DNA from: an archaeon
Lineage (GTDB): Archaea > Nanobdellota > Nanobdellia > SCGC-AAA011-G17 > PNOQ01
Reading direction: 5' to 3'
Length of the DNA: 64,000 nt
NCBI GenBank assembly: GCA_018671245.1
Contig: JABHIB010000008.1
Span: forward strand, 111,756 to 175,755
A model generated the notes under the pieces. That model did not search any database and had not been told where the DNA came from. It saw only the letters and a program-made list of their open reading frames with translations. The position numbers and the translations under genes are program-made. This document shows positions 1 through 9,361 of the stretch, one piece after another (positions within the stretch are counted from its first letter, which is position 1; the number at the start of each line of letters is the position of its first letter).

Positions 1-165
1 AAAAAGAAACTTTATTTGTAACGTATTCTTTTTTAAATTGGTCATACTCTTTAGAAAACTCAGAACTCGGTTCAAAATTTTCAACCTCTTCATTGATTAC
101 ATTGCTATCAAGTTTAGATTTATACTTATTCAGTATATCTTGGATTTCTTTATCAGATACAGGCA
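1..165 (-). CDS. hypothetical protein, N-terminal fragment (gene continues past window start); 5 bp downstream of secretion ATPase, likely same operon
   Basis: Reverse complement of 1-165 reads MPVSDKEIQDILNKYKSKLDSNVINEEVENFEPSSEFSKEYDQFKKEYVTNKVS... from an ATG at 163-165 with no stop before the window edge. Not in the ORF track because it is truncated. Confidence 0.3.
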
Positions 166-170
166 TTCAT

Positions 171-2483
171 TCACCCCTCAATTTTTGTCTCTTTTTTTAG
201 CCACTCATTCCATTGGAAATAGATTTTATCGCTATCTAATTTTCCAACTTTTCTTAAAACTCTATCGGAAATTTTATGAAATTGATCATTTGAATCAATA
301 ACAAACTCTGCTTCTAACAAACTAGGTCTTCCAATTTTATTTGAATAATCGACCAACCTCTGTTTTATTTTTGCTCTAAGTTCAATATTACTCCAAACCG
401 CATCCCAGTCACCTACCCACTCCCTAACTGTACTAGCTATTCCCTTTATAACTTCAGAATCTCCATTTATTAAATTATCTGTAGGCTCAAGCTGATCACT
501 CTCAACATTATACTTCATTAAATCAACAAAAGCTCCTTCTCTCAGCGGATCTTCTTCCCAATCTTTTCTAACCTCAGTTATACTAAGAACTCTTTTAATC
601 TTATGTAGTCCATCTGGAGATTTTATAGGATTAGCAACAATAATTAAATCTGTTGCCTTAAAACTTGTACGAGGGACACCTAGATCATTAACAACCCTAT
701 CAAAGACAGAATATGGACTTCCACCATGAATAGTTCCTGCAACAACATTTGCCAAAGCACCAACCCTCATAGCCTCATACAATGCAAGGGCTTCCTTACT
801 TCTAACCTCTCCAATTATTAAACTACTATCTCCCAATCTTAAACTAGTTCTTATCCCCTCTTCTGCAGACATTTCAGATCCACCTTCTGATAAAGCTGCC
901 CTAACTTTCAAAGGTTGAATATTATAACCTAATTCTCGCATAGACCTTATTGGTAATTCTAAAGTATCTTCAATTGTAATGATCCTATACTTTCTCATTA
1001 TCTCAACCAAACAAGAACCTAACAATGAAGTCTTTCCACTACTTCTGGTTCCTGCAATTAACATAGTTCTACCTCCATCAATTGCAAAACTCAATAATGC
1101 TGCACCAAGAGAATTGATCATTTTATTATTAATGAACAAAGGGAGAGTCCACGGATGTTCCCTATGTCGCCTAAAGGCATAACCATAACCTAAAGGATTC
1201 AAAGGTTTAGAAATAATTGCCACCCTTGCTTGACCACCAGGAACAAATAACTGAGTATCTAAAACAGGATTAGCTTCATCTAATGGCCTACCACTAATCA
1301 TTCTAAATTTGGTAGCCCAACTCTCACCATCTTCTCGGCTAGGAATTATATTGGTAACACATTCACCATGATCTTGATGCACAATATAAATCGGAGTTTC
1401 TCCAATAGGGCCATTTATTACAATATCTTGAATTTTGCTATCCATCAATAAAATTTCAATTAATCCAAATCCTACAGTATATCTGACCAGAATATTTGCT
1501 AAATCTTCTACTTCATTATAATCTAAATCATAACCTTTGTGTTCAACTAAATCTAATAATAGGTCTCTTCCAACATTATAAAAAGTCTGCCTCATTTTAT
1601 CTGGATCAACAAACTCTTCAGTACGAGGTTTATGTTCTGCCAGTACAGATCTAGCAAGATCTAATAATTCTGATTTATCATTAGATAAATTAAATTCTGG
1701 AGGATTTAAATGATATAGTAATTTTATATCTTTAGGAGTTTCAAAGATAACAACATTACTCTCCTTATCCAAACTATAGGCATCAACTTCAATTCCATCT
1801 AATGGAACATCAGACATTAAACGAGTGAACATAAAATTAGGAGAGATTAATGGTCTGAATACTGATTTGTATAGGGCCCTATCTCCAATTTCATGACCAT
1901 CCACATAAGTTCTTACTGCAGAAATTAATTTAGTCCCATTTAATAAATCAAATATATCAGTCAATATTCCAAGATAAATTGTTTCATCTCTAGCTAACTC
2001 CTTAAAACGAATTTTAGATAATCTAAGTTTTTGCTCTCTTATCAATCGTTTTAATTCGACATATGCACCAATAGGATCACTCTTTATAAGATTAGTCACA
2101 ACATATTGCAAATCAGAAAATCTTGAACTATATGCCTGAACATATTCTAAAGTCAGTCCGCTAGTAGCAAAACTTAAAACTTTTTTTTGCTTTACAATAT
2201 ATACATAGAGATTTGCTATCTCTCTCAAAATCGAAATATGTTCAGAACTGTATTGATAATTCTTTTCTGCAGAAAGGATTATCCTATCTACACTAGGAAC
2301 ACCAATTATCTTGTTTATAACATTCAACATACAGAGATTACTATCTTCAATAGATGGAGGATAGGAGGTCCCAATGCAATTTATTTTCATTACATCAACT
2401 TGACCTTCTTGGATAATCTCATACTCACCCGGTTCAATTTTTTTCTTATATACACCCATATTACCACTCAACGAAAATAACAT
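171..2483 (-). CDS. FlaI/GspE/VirB11-superfamily secretion ATPase (type IV pilus / archaellum-type assembly ATPase) with ~250-aa N-terminal extension
   Basis: Walker A GTRSSGKTS, Asp-box ITIEDTLEL, His-box TIHGGS, and pre-Walker motif VLDTQLFVPGGQARVAII typical of FlaI/TadA ATPases. Walker A sits near residue 485 of 770, so the N-terminal region is much longer than canonical FlaI. Confidence 0.8.
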   Translation of the reverse strand: MLFSLSGNMGVYKKKIEPGEYEIIQEGQVDVMKINCIGTSYPPSIEDSNLCMLNVINKIIGVPSVDRIILSAEKNYQYSSEHISILREIANLYVYIVKQKKVLSFATSGLTLEYVQAYSSRFSDLQYVVTNLIKSDPIGAYVELKRLIREQKLRLSKIRFKELARDETIYLGILTDIFDLLNGTKLISAVRTYVDGHEIGDRALYKSVFRPLISPNFMFTRLMSDVPLDGIEVDAYSLDKESNVVIFETPKDIKLLYHLNPPEFNLSNDKSELLDLARSVLAEHKPRTEEFVDPDKMRQTFYNVGRDLLLDLVEHKGYDLDYNEVEDLANILVRYTVGFGLIEILLMDSKIQDIVINGPIGETPIYIVHQDHGECVTNIIPSREDGESWATKFRMISGRPLDEANPVLDTQLFVPGGQARVAIISKPLNPLGYGYAFRRHREHPWTLPLFINNKMINSLGAALLSFAIDGGRTMLIAGTRSSGKTSLLGSCLVEIMRKYRIITIEDTLELPIRSMRELGYNIQPLKVRAALSEGGSEMSAEEGIRTSLRLGDSSLIIGEVRSKEALALYEAMRVGALANVVAGTIHGGSPYSVFDRVVNDLGVPRTSFKATDLIIVANPIKSPDGLHKIKRVLSITEVRKDWEEDPLREGAFVDLMKYNVESDQLEPTDNLINGDSEVIKGIASTVREWVGDWDAVWSNIELRAKIKQRLVDYSNKIGRPSLLEAEFVIDSNDQFHKISDRVLRKVGKLDSDKIYFQWNEWLKKETKIEG

Positions 2484-2546
2484 AACTTTTATTACTAATT
2501 AAACCTATAACTTCTTAAATTAAAATAGTTTTCGCTTCAATAGAAA

Positions 2547-2966
2547 ATGGATCAACCACAAAATCAACCACAACAACCTCAAAATCCATATAATGCACTT
2601 ATGGAATTAACCAATAGGTTAAGGATTTTAGAGGGACGTTATGGTTCAACAAGAGAAAGAATGTTTGTAATGAATCAAAATATGATAGACCATTATAAAC
2701 GAACAAATGTTGAACTAAAAACTTTGAATGAAGATATAAGAGATATGAAAGAAGACATATTTACTGTAAAAGAAACAGTCAGACATTTAGTACAAGAAAT
2801 GGGAAATTTTGTACGAAAAGAGCAATTGAAAGTTTTAGAAAAATATATTAATCTGTGGGACCCATTTAACTTTGTAACACTAGAAGAAGTTGAAGAACTT
2901 ATTGAAAAAAAGAGGATAAAGAATGTTGAACCAAAAAGAAAACGTAAAAAAAGTTCCAGTAAATGA
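2547..2966 (+). CDS. hypothetical coiled-coil protein (Q/P-rich N-terminus, lysine-rich C-terminus)
   Basis: ORF with N-terminal QPQNQPQQPQNPYN, heptad-like charged middle and C-terminal KRKRKKSSSK. Divergent from the ATPase gene. No recognisable catalytic motif. Confidence 0.35.
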   Translation: MDQPQNQPQQPQNPYNALMELTNRLRILEGRYGSTRERMFVMNQNMIDHYKRTNVELKTLNEDIRDMKEDIFTVKETVRHLVQEMGNFVRKEQLKVLEKYINLWDPFNFVTLEEVEELIEKKRIKNVEPKRKRKKSSSK

Positions 2967-3621
2967 AGTTGCAGAAATGAAAAAATCTGGATTAACAAAC
3001 GAACAGATAATAGGAAGACTAAAAGACAAAGCTTATACTCATGAACAGATTTCTGGAGCAATAGATCAAACAAATATTAAACAGGAAGCAATTTCTACAA
3101 ATCCAGGTATGGGAATACCTTCTCAAACACCTATGGCACCGCCTGAAACAAGAGGAGTCCCATTAGGATTAGCAAGCGCACCAAGTCCAACACCTTCAAC
3201 ACAAGAAGCACCCATTCAACTTCCTCAAGAAAATCTCATGCCTTCCACACAACAAACAATGGCACCTCAAGCTCAACCTATAGAACGAGCTAGTTACGAA
3301 ATGGTTGAAGAAATTGCAGAATCTGTTGTAAAAGAAAAGTGGGACGAACTACTACAAAATATTGGTGATATTCATAAATGGAAAGAAAAAACAAACACTG
3401 ATGTTCATTCTATAAAACAAGAGGTACTAAGAACTCAACAAAGATTCGATAATCTTCAGACTGCAGTTATGGGTAAAGTGAATGAATATGGAGAAGGTAT
3501 AAAAGATGTTGGAGCAGAAATGCAAGCAATAGAAAAAGTATTAGAAAAAATTATTGCACCTATGACAAGAAACATCAAGGAACTTTCAAAAATAACTGAA
3601 GAACTAAAAAAGAAAAAATAA
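2923..3621 (+). CDS. hypothetical coiled-coil protein
   Basis: 232-aa ORF overlapping the previous one by 44 nt in another frame. It has a P/Q/T-rich low-complexity centre and a coiled-coil C-terminus ending KKKK. Confidence 0.35.
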   Translation: MLNQKENVKKVPVNEVAEMKKSGLTNEQIIGRLKDKAYTHEQISGAIDQTNIKQEAISTNPGMGIPSQTPMAPPETRGVPLGLASAPSPTPSTQEAPIQLPQENLMPSTQQTMAPQAQPIERASYEMVEEIAESVVKEKWDELLQNIGDIHKWKEKTNTDVHSIKQEVLRTQQRFDNLQTAVMGKVNEYGEGIKDVGAEMQAIEKVLEKIIAPMTRNIKELSKITEELKKKK

Positions 3622-3624
3622 CTC

Positions 3625-4119
3625 TTAGACATTCTCTGAGATATTTTTTATTAGTAAAGATGCAATTAATAGTATGAAGAATGCACCAATAACTCTTGGA
3701 TGAAAAATTGTTCTAAATACATTACTAGTTCCTTCTGCAGCATAAGGTGTAAAAACTGGGCCGAATACTTTTGTTATACTCACAATTAAAGCAATTATCA
3801 TAACAATAAATATAGTAGTCTGTCCTCCAACTTTAGGCCATACATCTTTCTCATTGACACCAAAAAACATAAACAAGGTAAATAATAACAATAAGAAAAA
3901 CATCAAAAATATATACCAAGGTAAAACTGCTAAAATTAATTCTGTGGAACTACCAGAAAACATAGATATTACTGCAATACATAAACTAACAAGAAAATTA
4001 AATCTACTACTATTTCCAAGAAGTTTAGTCTTTTCGAGAATAGCATATAAGAAAACGAATATTAAAACGAATACGAATAATGGTAAAAAATTATTTAACA
4101 TAAACATATCTGTTGCCAT
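3625..4119 (-). CDS. polytopic membrane protein, member of a tandem three-paralog family
   Basis: Four to five predicted TM helices. Shares the N-terminal motif (F/L)LP(L/F)F(V/L)xxIFxxLxxILEKT with the next two genes. Confidence 0.5.
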   Translation of the reverse strand: MATDMFMLNNFLPLFVFVLIFVFLYAILEKTKLLGNSSRFNFLVSLCIAVISMFSGSSTELILAVLPWYIFLMFFLLLLFTLFMFFGVNEKDVWPKVGGQTTIFIVMIIALIVSITKVFGPVFTPYAAEGTSNVFRTIFHPRVIGAFFILLIASLLIKNISENV

Positions 4120-4200
4120 TTTCTATAATAAAACTATTTTCTTTTCTTTATAATATTATCTAAATTTGAATAATTAACACAACGGCAACTATTAGAATTA

Positions 4201-4752
4201 TTAAAATCCGCTAGTAGAACTCTTCCTAACATAATAGATTAGTCCAACTACAAGTGCTAAACCTGTAAATGCAACATAAGTATCAGTACCAATATAAAAC
4301 CAATTAGAGAAACCAAACATACTTCCATATTGATAAGGTACTAATGACCACATTGCTGCAAGTATTGCAATAATTGCTGCGGCAGTAAGTGGAAGATTTT
4401 GATGAGATCCACTCAATAGTCCAACTGCAAGCATACATACCAAAGCAAGTACCATTACAAGTCCCATTTTAGAAACATAATTATTAATTATTCCAACTAT
4501 CTCAGTATTTGCTATAACTATCAAAGATAATACTAGTGAAAAAACCATATTCATATCAGTTTTAGGATATTTAACCTCAATATGAGCAGGAGGAGGAGTA
4601 GGATTTGGTTGCATCTCAGTCTTTTTAACTCCAAGTATGAATGTTTTCTCAAGAACAGAAAAAATGATAATGAAAATTAATAAGAAAGGTAAAAGGTATT
4701 CGAACATTCCTGAACTTTGTAATTGATAATAAATTTGATGGAAATTAACCAT
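4201..4752 (-). CDS. polytopic membrane protein, paralog
   Basis: MFEYLLPFLLIFIIIFSVLEKT N-terminal motif shared with 4753-5313 and 3625-4119. Five hydrophobic segments. Confidence 0.5.
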   Translation of the reverse strand: MVNFHQIYYQLQSSGMFEYLLPFLLIFIIIFSVLEKTFILGVKKTEMQPNPTPPPAHIEVKYPKTDMNMVFSLVLSLIVIANTEIVGIINNYVSKMGLVMVLALVCMLAVGLLSGSHQNLPLTAAAIIAILAAMWSLVPYQYGSMFGFSNWFYIGTDTYVAFTGLALVVGLIYYVRKSSTSGF

Positions 4753-5313
4753 TTAGCTACCACCTTCTCCAGGACTAGCAGAATCTCTTACAACAAGATA
4801 AATAGTCCCGACAACTATTAATAAAAATACCATAGGGGCTATAACTGATGTACCAATTGCCCCGCCAATCCATGAAAAGAATCTATCAAGTATACTAACA
4901 CCATCAATACCTATAGCACTAGCAAATATGAATACAGTTCCTAGAAACATTAAAAATAAAACAAACATGAACCATTTTTTAGATTTTTCAGCTAAATCAA
5001 ACTCTCCAGTTTTTAAAAACATACCAACAAGTAATAAAAATGAAATTGAAACAACTCCCAAAAGAACTATATTTGGTAAAGCCTCATTAATAACACTAAC
5101 AACTTGATTCGTTGCCACAGTTATCAAAGCCATGACAAGAGCGACAATTGCATTTAGGTTTTTCTTTGTTCCAGAATTTCCCTCTTTTCCAAGAATCATA
5201 GTCTTTTCTAAAACTGCGAAAACAATTGCAAAAACCAGTAAGAACGGAAGTACTACATCAAACATTCCAAAGTCCTTAAGGAATTCAATTGATTGTTGTA
5301 AAGTTGATACCAT
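4753..5313 (-). CDS. polytopic membrane protein, paralog
   Basis: MFDVVLPFLLVFAIVFAVLEKT motif. Five TM segments. Stop/start abuts 4201-4752. Confidence 0.5.
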   Translation of the reverse strand: MVSTLQQSIEFLKDFGMFDVVLPFLLVFAIVFAVLEKTMILGKEGNSGTKKNLNAIVALVMALITVATNQVVSVINEALPNIVLLGVVSISFLLLVGMFLKTGEFDLAEKSKKWFMFVLFLMFLGTVFIFASAIGIDGVSILDRFFSWIGGAIGTSVIAPMVFLLIVVGTIYLVVRDSASPGEGGS

Positions 5314-5357
5314 TGGATAGATAAAGAAATTAAAAGTATTTAAACGTTATGGTTTTC

Positions 5358-5636
5358 CTATACTTCTTCAAGCTGACTTTCTTCTTCATGAACTGGTACT
5401 GCAGCCTTACTAATTATGACTATATCTCCTATCGCCTTAACTAATTGATGAGGTATGATTACTCCTTTAGCTCCACCAAGTATTTTTGAAAGATATGACC
5501 TTTTAGTCGCTTTAACTCTCCATCCAAAAATTTTATTAGTTGTCAAAATAGATTCTTCAATATCTCCGAAATAGTCTCCCGAATCAGTATAAACTTCCAT
5601 ATCATAAATATCATTTATTTGTTTAGTTTTTAACAT
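5358..5636 (-). CDS. PRC-barrel domain protein
   Basis: 92 aa with the pattern GW/V..D..G..lG.v.D...D..tg.i..l.v (KILGGAKGVIIPHQLVKAIGDIVIIS), typical of stand-alone archaeal PRC barrels. Confidence 0.5.
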   Translation of the reverse strand: MLKTKQINDIYDMEVYTDSGDYFGDIEESILTTNKIFGWRVKATKRSYLSKILGGAKGVIIPHQLVKAIGDIVIISKAAVPVHEEESQLEEV

Positions 5637-5699
5637 ATTAACCCCTCCTTCTAGAGTATCAAACAGAAGTCTTTTAAACTTTATATATCTTTCTACTAC

Positions 5700-6374
5700 A
5701 TGTTAAAAATTGAAAATTTATTTTTGATAGGATCCTCACATATAGCAAAAGAGAGTGTGAACGAAGTAAAAACTGCATTTTCGGAAATAGAACCAGACAT
5801 AGTTGCACTTGAACTAGACCAAATAAGATTATACTTAATTCTCAATCCTAAAAAAAGGAAAAACTCATTAAAGGATATAAGGAGTATTGGTCTGACTGGA
5901 TATATCTTCAATATAATCGGTGCAATAACTGAAAAAAAGATGGGAAAACTGGTTGGAATGGAACCAGGTGCAGAAATGAAAGAGGCACTCAAACTAGCAA
6001 AGCAAAATAATACTAAAATAAGTTTAATAGATCAAGATATAAGAATCACACTAAAAAGACTATCAGAAGAACTAACAATTAAAGAAAAAATGAGATTTGC
6101 AATAGATATATTTGGTGTAGGTCTATTCAAAAAACAAATAAAAGAAATAGATCTAACAAAGGTGCCAGATAAAAAATTCATTAAAAAATTAACAAATATT
6201 GTAAAAAAACGATATCCTTCAATATATAAAGTACTTATTAAAGAGAGAGATAAAATACTGGCAAAAAATTTAAATACATTAATTACTAATTATCCAGATA
6301 AGAAGATCTTAGCAATAGTTGGTGCAGGTCATGAAGACAGCATAATAAAATACATAAAAAATGTTAAAAAATAA
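5700..6374 (+). CDS. TraB/PrgY/GumN-family protein
   Basis: N-terminal LIGSSHIAKESVNEV...PDIVALELD and C-terminal LAIVGAGHED match TraB family signatures (GTAHVS...VELD ... VVGAGH). Confidence 0.6.
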   Translation: MLKIENLFLIGSSHIAKESVNEVKTAFSEIEPDIVALELDQIRLYLILNPKKRKNSLKDIRSIGLTGYIFNIIGAITEKKMGKLVGMEPGAEMKEALKLAKQNNTKISLIDQDIRITLKRLSEELTIKEKMRFAIDIFGVGLFKKQIKEIDLTKVPDKKFIKKLTNIVKKRYPSIYKVLIKERDKILAKNLNTLITNYPDKKILAIVGAGHEDSIIKYIKNVKK

Positions 6375-7107
6375 ATTTTTCAAAAAAACTGAAATAAAAC
6401 ACATGTTTATATCAACTTTGATAATTGGATTTATCTTCTCTTATAATAATTTTACAATAGTAAACTGGCTAAGACTAACTATCCTTGCAGCATTAGCCCT
6501 TATCATTGGAGAATCTATAAGAAAAATTATAGCAAAAAGGAAAGGTTGCGAAACAGAATATCAGCTGTGGCAAATTAAAAAATATGGAATTACGAAAAGT
6601 GCCAAATTTCCGATAAAAATATTCAATAAAAGGATAAAATCCCTTTACATAGGAATAGTATTACCCTTAATTACAATATTTCTATCTATAGGTCACATAA
6701 AATTTATGATAACTGGAACTTCGCAAGCAAAAGAAATAATTCTAAAAAGAGTTGGGAAAAAATATGCAAAGATTACAGAATTTGAAACTGCGATAATTGC
6801 ATTGGCAGGCCCCTTGACCTACATATTACTAGCATTAGTCTTCAAGGCCCTTTCACTTCCAGGATTTGAACAATTCATAGAAATGACCTATCTCCTTGCA
6901 CTTTACTCTATGATCCCTCTGTCAAAATTAGATGGTGCAAAAATATTTTTTGGATCACTTCCACTATACATCTTTTCTGCAATATTTATTATAGTTTCAA
7001 CAGTATTAATAAACTCGCCAGATATAACTCTGATGAGCACAATATTTTTGGCATTATTAACTTCGATAACAATTTTTATAGGATATATATACAAAACAAA
7101 TTCTTAA
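6361..7107 (+). CDS. integral membrane protein, overlaps and is probably co-transcribed with the TraB-family gene
   Basis: 248 aa with about 6 hydrophobic helices. No catalytic motif recognised. Confidence 0.35.
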   Translation: MLKNKFFKKTEIKHMFISTLIIGFIFSYNNFTIVNWLRLTILAALALIIGESIRKIIAKRKGCETEYQLWQIKKYGITKSAKFPIKIFNKRIKSLYIGIVLPLITIFLSIGHIKFMITGTSQAKEIILKRVGKKYAKITEFETAIIALAGPLTYILLALVFKALSLPGFEQFIEMTYLLALYSMIPLSKLDGAKIFFGSLPLYIFSAIFIIVSTVLINSPDITLMSTIFLALLTSITIFIGYIYKTNS

Positions 7108-7159
7108 TTTTGTCATACATGGCACAATAATTTATAAAGAAATAATAAATATCAAAGTT

Positions 7160-9361
7160 ATGAATCAACATTCTATAAAAAATTTCGAACCGAGATTATA
7201 CCAAGAAACAATACTGGGAAGTTGTTCAGATAAAAACACATTAGTCGCATTGCCTACAGGAATGGGGAAAACCAAAACTGCAATTTTAGTGGCAATAAAT
7301 AGATTAAACCTCCATAAAGAATCAAATATACTATTCTTAACTCCAACAAAACCCTTGGCAAATCAGATTTATGAAGAGTTTAAAGAATGTACAAATATTG
7401 AAGATATATTTTTATTTACAGGAGCAATTGCTCCACAAAAAAGAGAAGAAATCTCAAAAAAAGCAAAAATAATCATAAGTACTCCGCAAACTATAGAAAA
7501 TGATATAATAAATAATACATTTAATTTTAAGAATACCTCATTATTAGTAATTGATGAAGCTCATAGGGCAGTACAAAATTATTCATATACTTGGTTAGCA
7601 AAAAGATATGTAAGAGAATCAAAAAATACAAGAATTATAGGATTGACTGCATCACCAGGATCAGATTTAGAGAAAATAAAAGAGGTGTGTAAAAACCTAT
7701 TCATAAAAGAAATAGAGGTAAGAACAGAGAATGATCCTGATGTAAAGAAATATATTCAAGAAGTAGATACAGAATGGATAAAAGTTAACCTACCTGAAAA
7801 TTTTAAAGAAATAAAACTATTTTTAGAAAACGCATACACTCAAAGATTGGAAGAATTGAAAAAATTTGGATATATCCGAACTACAACAAAATTATCAAAA
7901 AAAGAATTATTAGGGGTAATGTCTTCATTGCAAGGAGAAATAGCGAGAGGACAAAGAGATTTTGAAGTATTCAAATCAATAAGTTGTTCGGCAGAAGCAA
8001 TAAAAATTGGACATGCTATTGAATTGATAGAAACTCAAGGTGCAGAATCCTTATACACCTATCTCAAATCCATATTTGATGGGACTGGGAAAAACAAAAC
8101 AAAATCTGCAAAAAATCTCACTAAAGATCTGAATATAAAATCTGCATTCATCCTATCTAAAAAGATGTGTGATTCTGGAATAGAACACCCTAAAGAAATA
8201 GAATTGAAAAATATAATAAAAAAAGAATTAAAAGATAATCCTGAAACTAGAATTATAATTTTTAACCAATACAGAGATTCTGCAAAAAAGATTGAAAAGG
8301 AATTAGAAAAAATAGATGGACTAAATCCTAAATTATTTGTTGGCCAACTAAAAAAAAGAGGTACTGGACTAACACAAAAAGAACAAGTAAAAATAATAAA
8401 AGACTTTGAAAATAATATACATAACTGTTTAATCTCAACATCTATAGGTGAAGAAGGTTTGGATATTCCAAAAGTAGAATTAGTAATATTCTATGAACCT
8501 GTCCCTTCTGCAATAAGAAGCATTCAACGTAGAGGACGTACTGCAAGATTAGAAAAAGGTAAAGTCAAAATATTAATAACAAAAAACACAAGAGATGAAG
8601 TGTATCATTGGGCATCAATACACAAAGAAAAAAGAATGTATAAGGCATTAAAAGAATTGAGAGGAAATTTAAATCTTACAGAACAAAAAAAACTAGAACC
8701 TTATACAAAAAAAGAAGATATTAAGATTTATGCAGATTCCCGAGAACAAGGATCTAGTATACTCAAGGAATTATCAGAATTGGGATTAGACCTCACTGTA
8801 AAATCCCTTAAAAGTGCAGATTTCATAGTTTCAAACAGAGTAGGTATAGAAAGAAAAACTTCTGAAGATTTTGTTAATTCAATAATTGATAAAAGATTAT
8901 TATTACAATTAAAAGATTTGAAGGAAAATTTTGAAAGACCAATCTTAATAATTGAAGGAAATGAAGATATATACTCTATAAGAAACATACATCCAAATGC
9001 AATAAGAGGTATGTTAGCAACAATTGCAGTATCCTATAGGATACCTATAATTCACACACAAAATTTTAGAGAAACTGCAGAATTAATAAGAACCATAGCA
9101 AAAAGAGAACAGCAAACTAGTAGTACTTCATTTGGAACTAGAATTGAGAAAAAACCCGTAATGACAAAAGAACAACAAGAGTTTATTGTAGAATCATTGC
9201 CAGGAATCGGACCAATGTTAGCAAAATCAATCCTTAGAAAATTTAAGACTATCAATAAAATAATGAATTCATCTAAAGAAGAATTAGAATCGGTTGAGAA
9301 ATTAGGGCCAAAAAAAGCAAAGAATATACGAGAAATTTTAGATGAGATTTATGAAGATTAA
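7160..9361 (+). CDS. hef: Hef helicase-nuclease (archaeal XPF/FANCM homolog)
   Basis: DEAH helicase motifs LPTGMGKT and VIDEAHRA, a helicase C domain, an ERCC4 nuclease motif (ADSREQGS...SADFIV...ERK) and a C-terminal HhH2 (LPGIGPMLAKSILRKF). Confidence 0.85.
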   Translation: MNQHSIKNFEPRLYQETILGSCSDKNTLVALPTGMGKTKTAILVAINRLNLHKESNILFLTPTKPLANQIYEEFKECTNIEDIFLFTGAIAPQKREEISKKAKIIISTPQTIENDIINNTFNFKNTSLLVIDEAHRAVQNYSYTWLAKRYVRESKNTRIIGLTASPGSDLEKIKEVCKNLFIKEIEVRTENDPDVKKYIQEVDTEWIKVNLPENFKEIKLFLENAYTQRLEELKKFGYIRTTTKLSKKELLGVMSSLQGEIARGQRDFEVFKSISCSAEAIKIGHAIELIETQGAESLYTYLKSIFDGTGKNKTKSAKNLTKDLNIKSAFILSKKMCDSGIEHPKEIELKNIIKKELKDNPETRIIIFNQYRDSAKKIEKELEKIDGLNPKLFVGQLKKRGTGLTQKEQVKIIKDFENNIHNCLISTSIGEEGLDIPKVELVIFYEPVPSAIRSIQRRGRTARLEKGKVKILITKNTRDEVYHWASIHKEKRMYKALKELRGNLNLTEQKKLEPYTKKEDIKIYADSREQGSSILKELSELGLDLTVKSLKSADFIVSNRVGIERKTSEDFVNSIIDKRLLLQLKDLKENFERPILIIEGNEDIYSIRNIHPNAIRGMLATIAVSYRIPIIHTQNFRETAELIRTIAKREQQTSSTSFGTRIEKKPVMTKEQQEFIVESLPGIGPMLAKSILRKFKTINKIMNSSKEELESVEKLGPKKAKNIREILDEIYED

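Noticed and set aside
38-301. 87-aa plus-strand ORF at the left edge
   Set aside because: It lies wholly antisense to the ATPase gene and the short gene at 1-165. Its low-complexity I/F/L composition is typical of AT-rich antisense frames.
3625-5313. Three membrane paralogs as a split FlaJ/TadC platform protein
   Set aside because: Each has five closely spaced TM helices and no cytoplasmic T2SSF-type domains. Total length similarity to FlaJ is probably coincidental, so they are kept as unknown paralogs.
5700-6374. TraB-family gene as evidence of a conjugative element
   Set aside because: TraB/PrgY-family proteins are widespread single chromosomal genes in archaea. No relaxase, VirB4/VirD4 or other conjugation genes are present.
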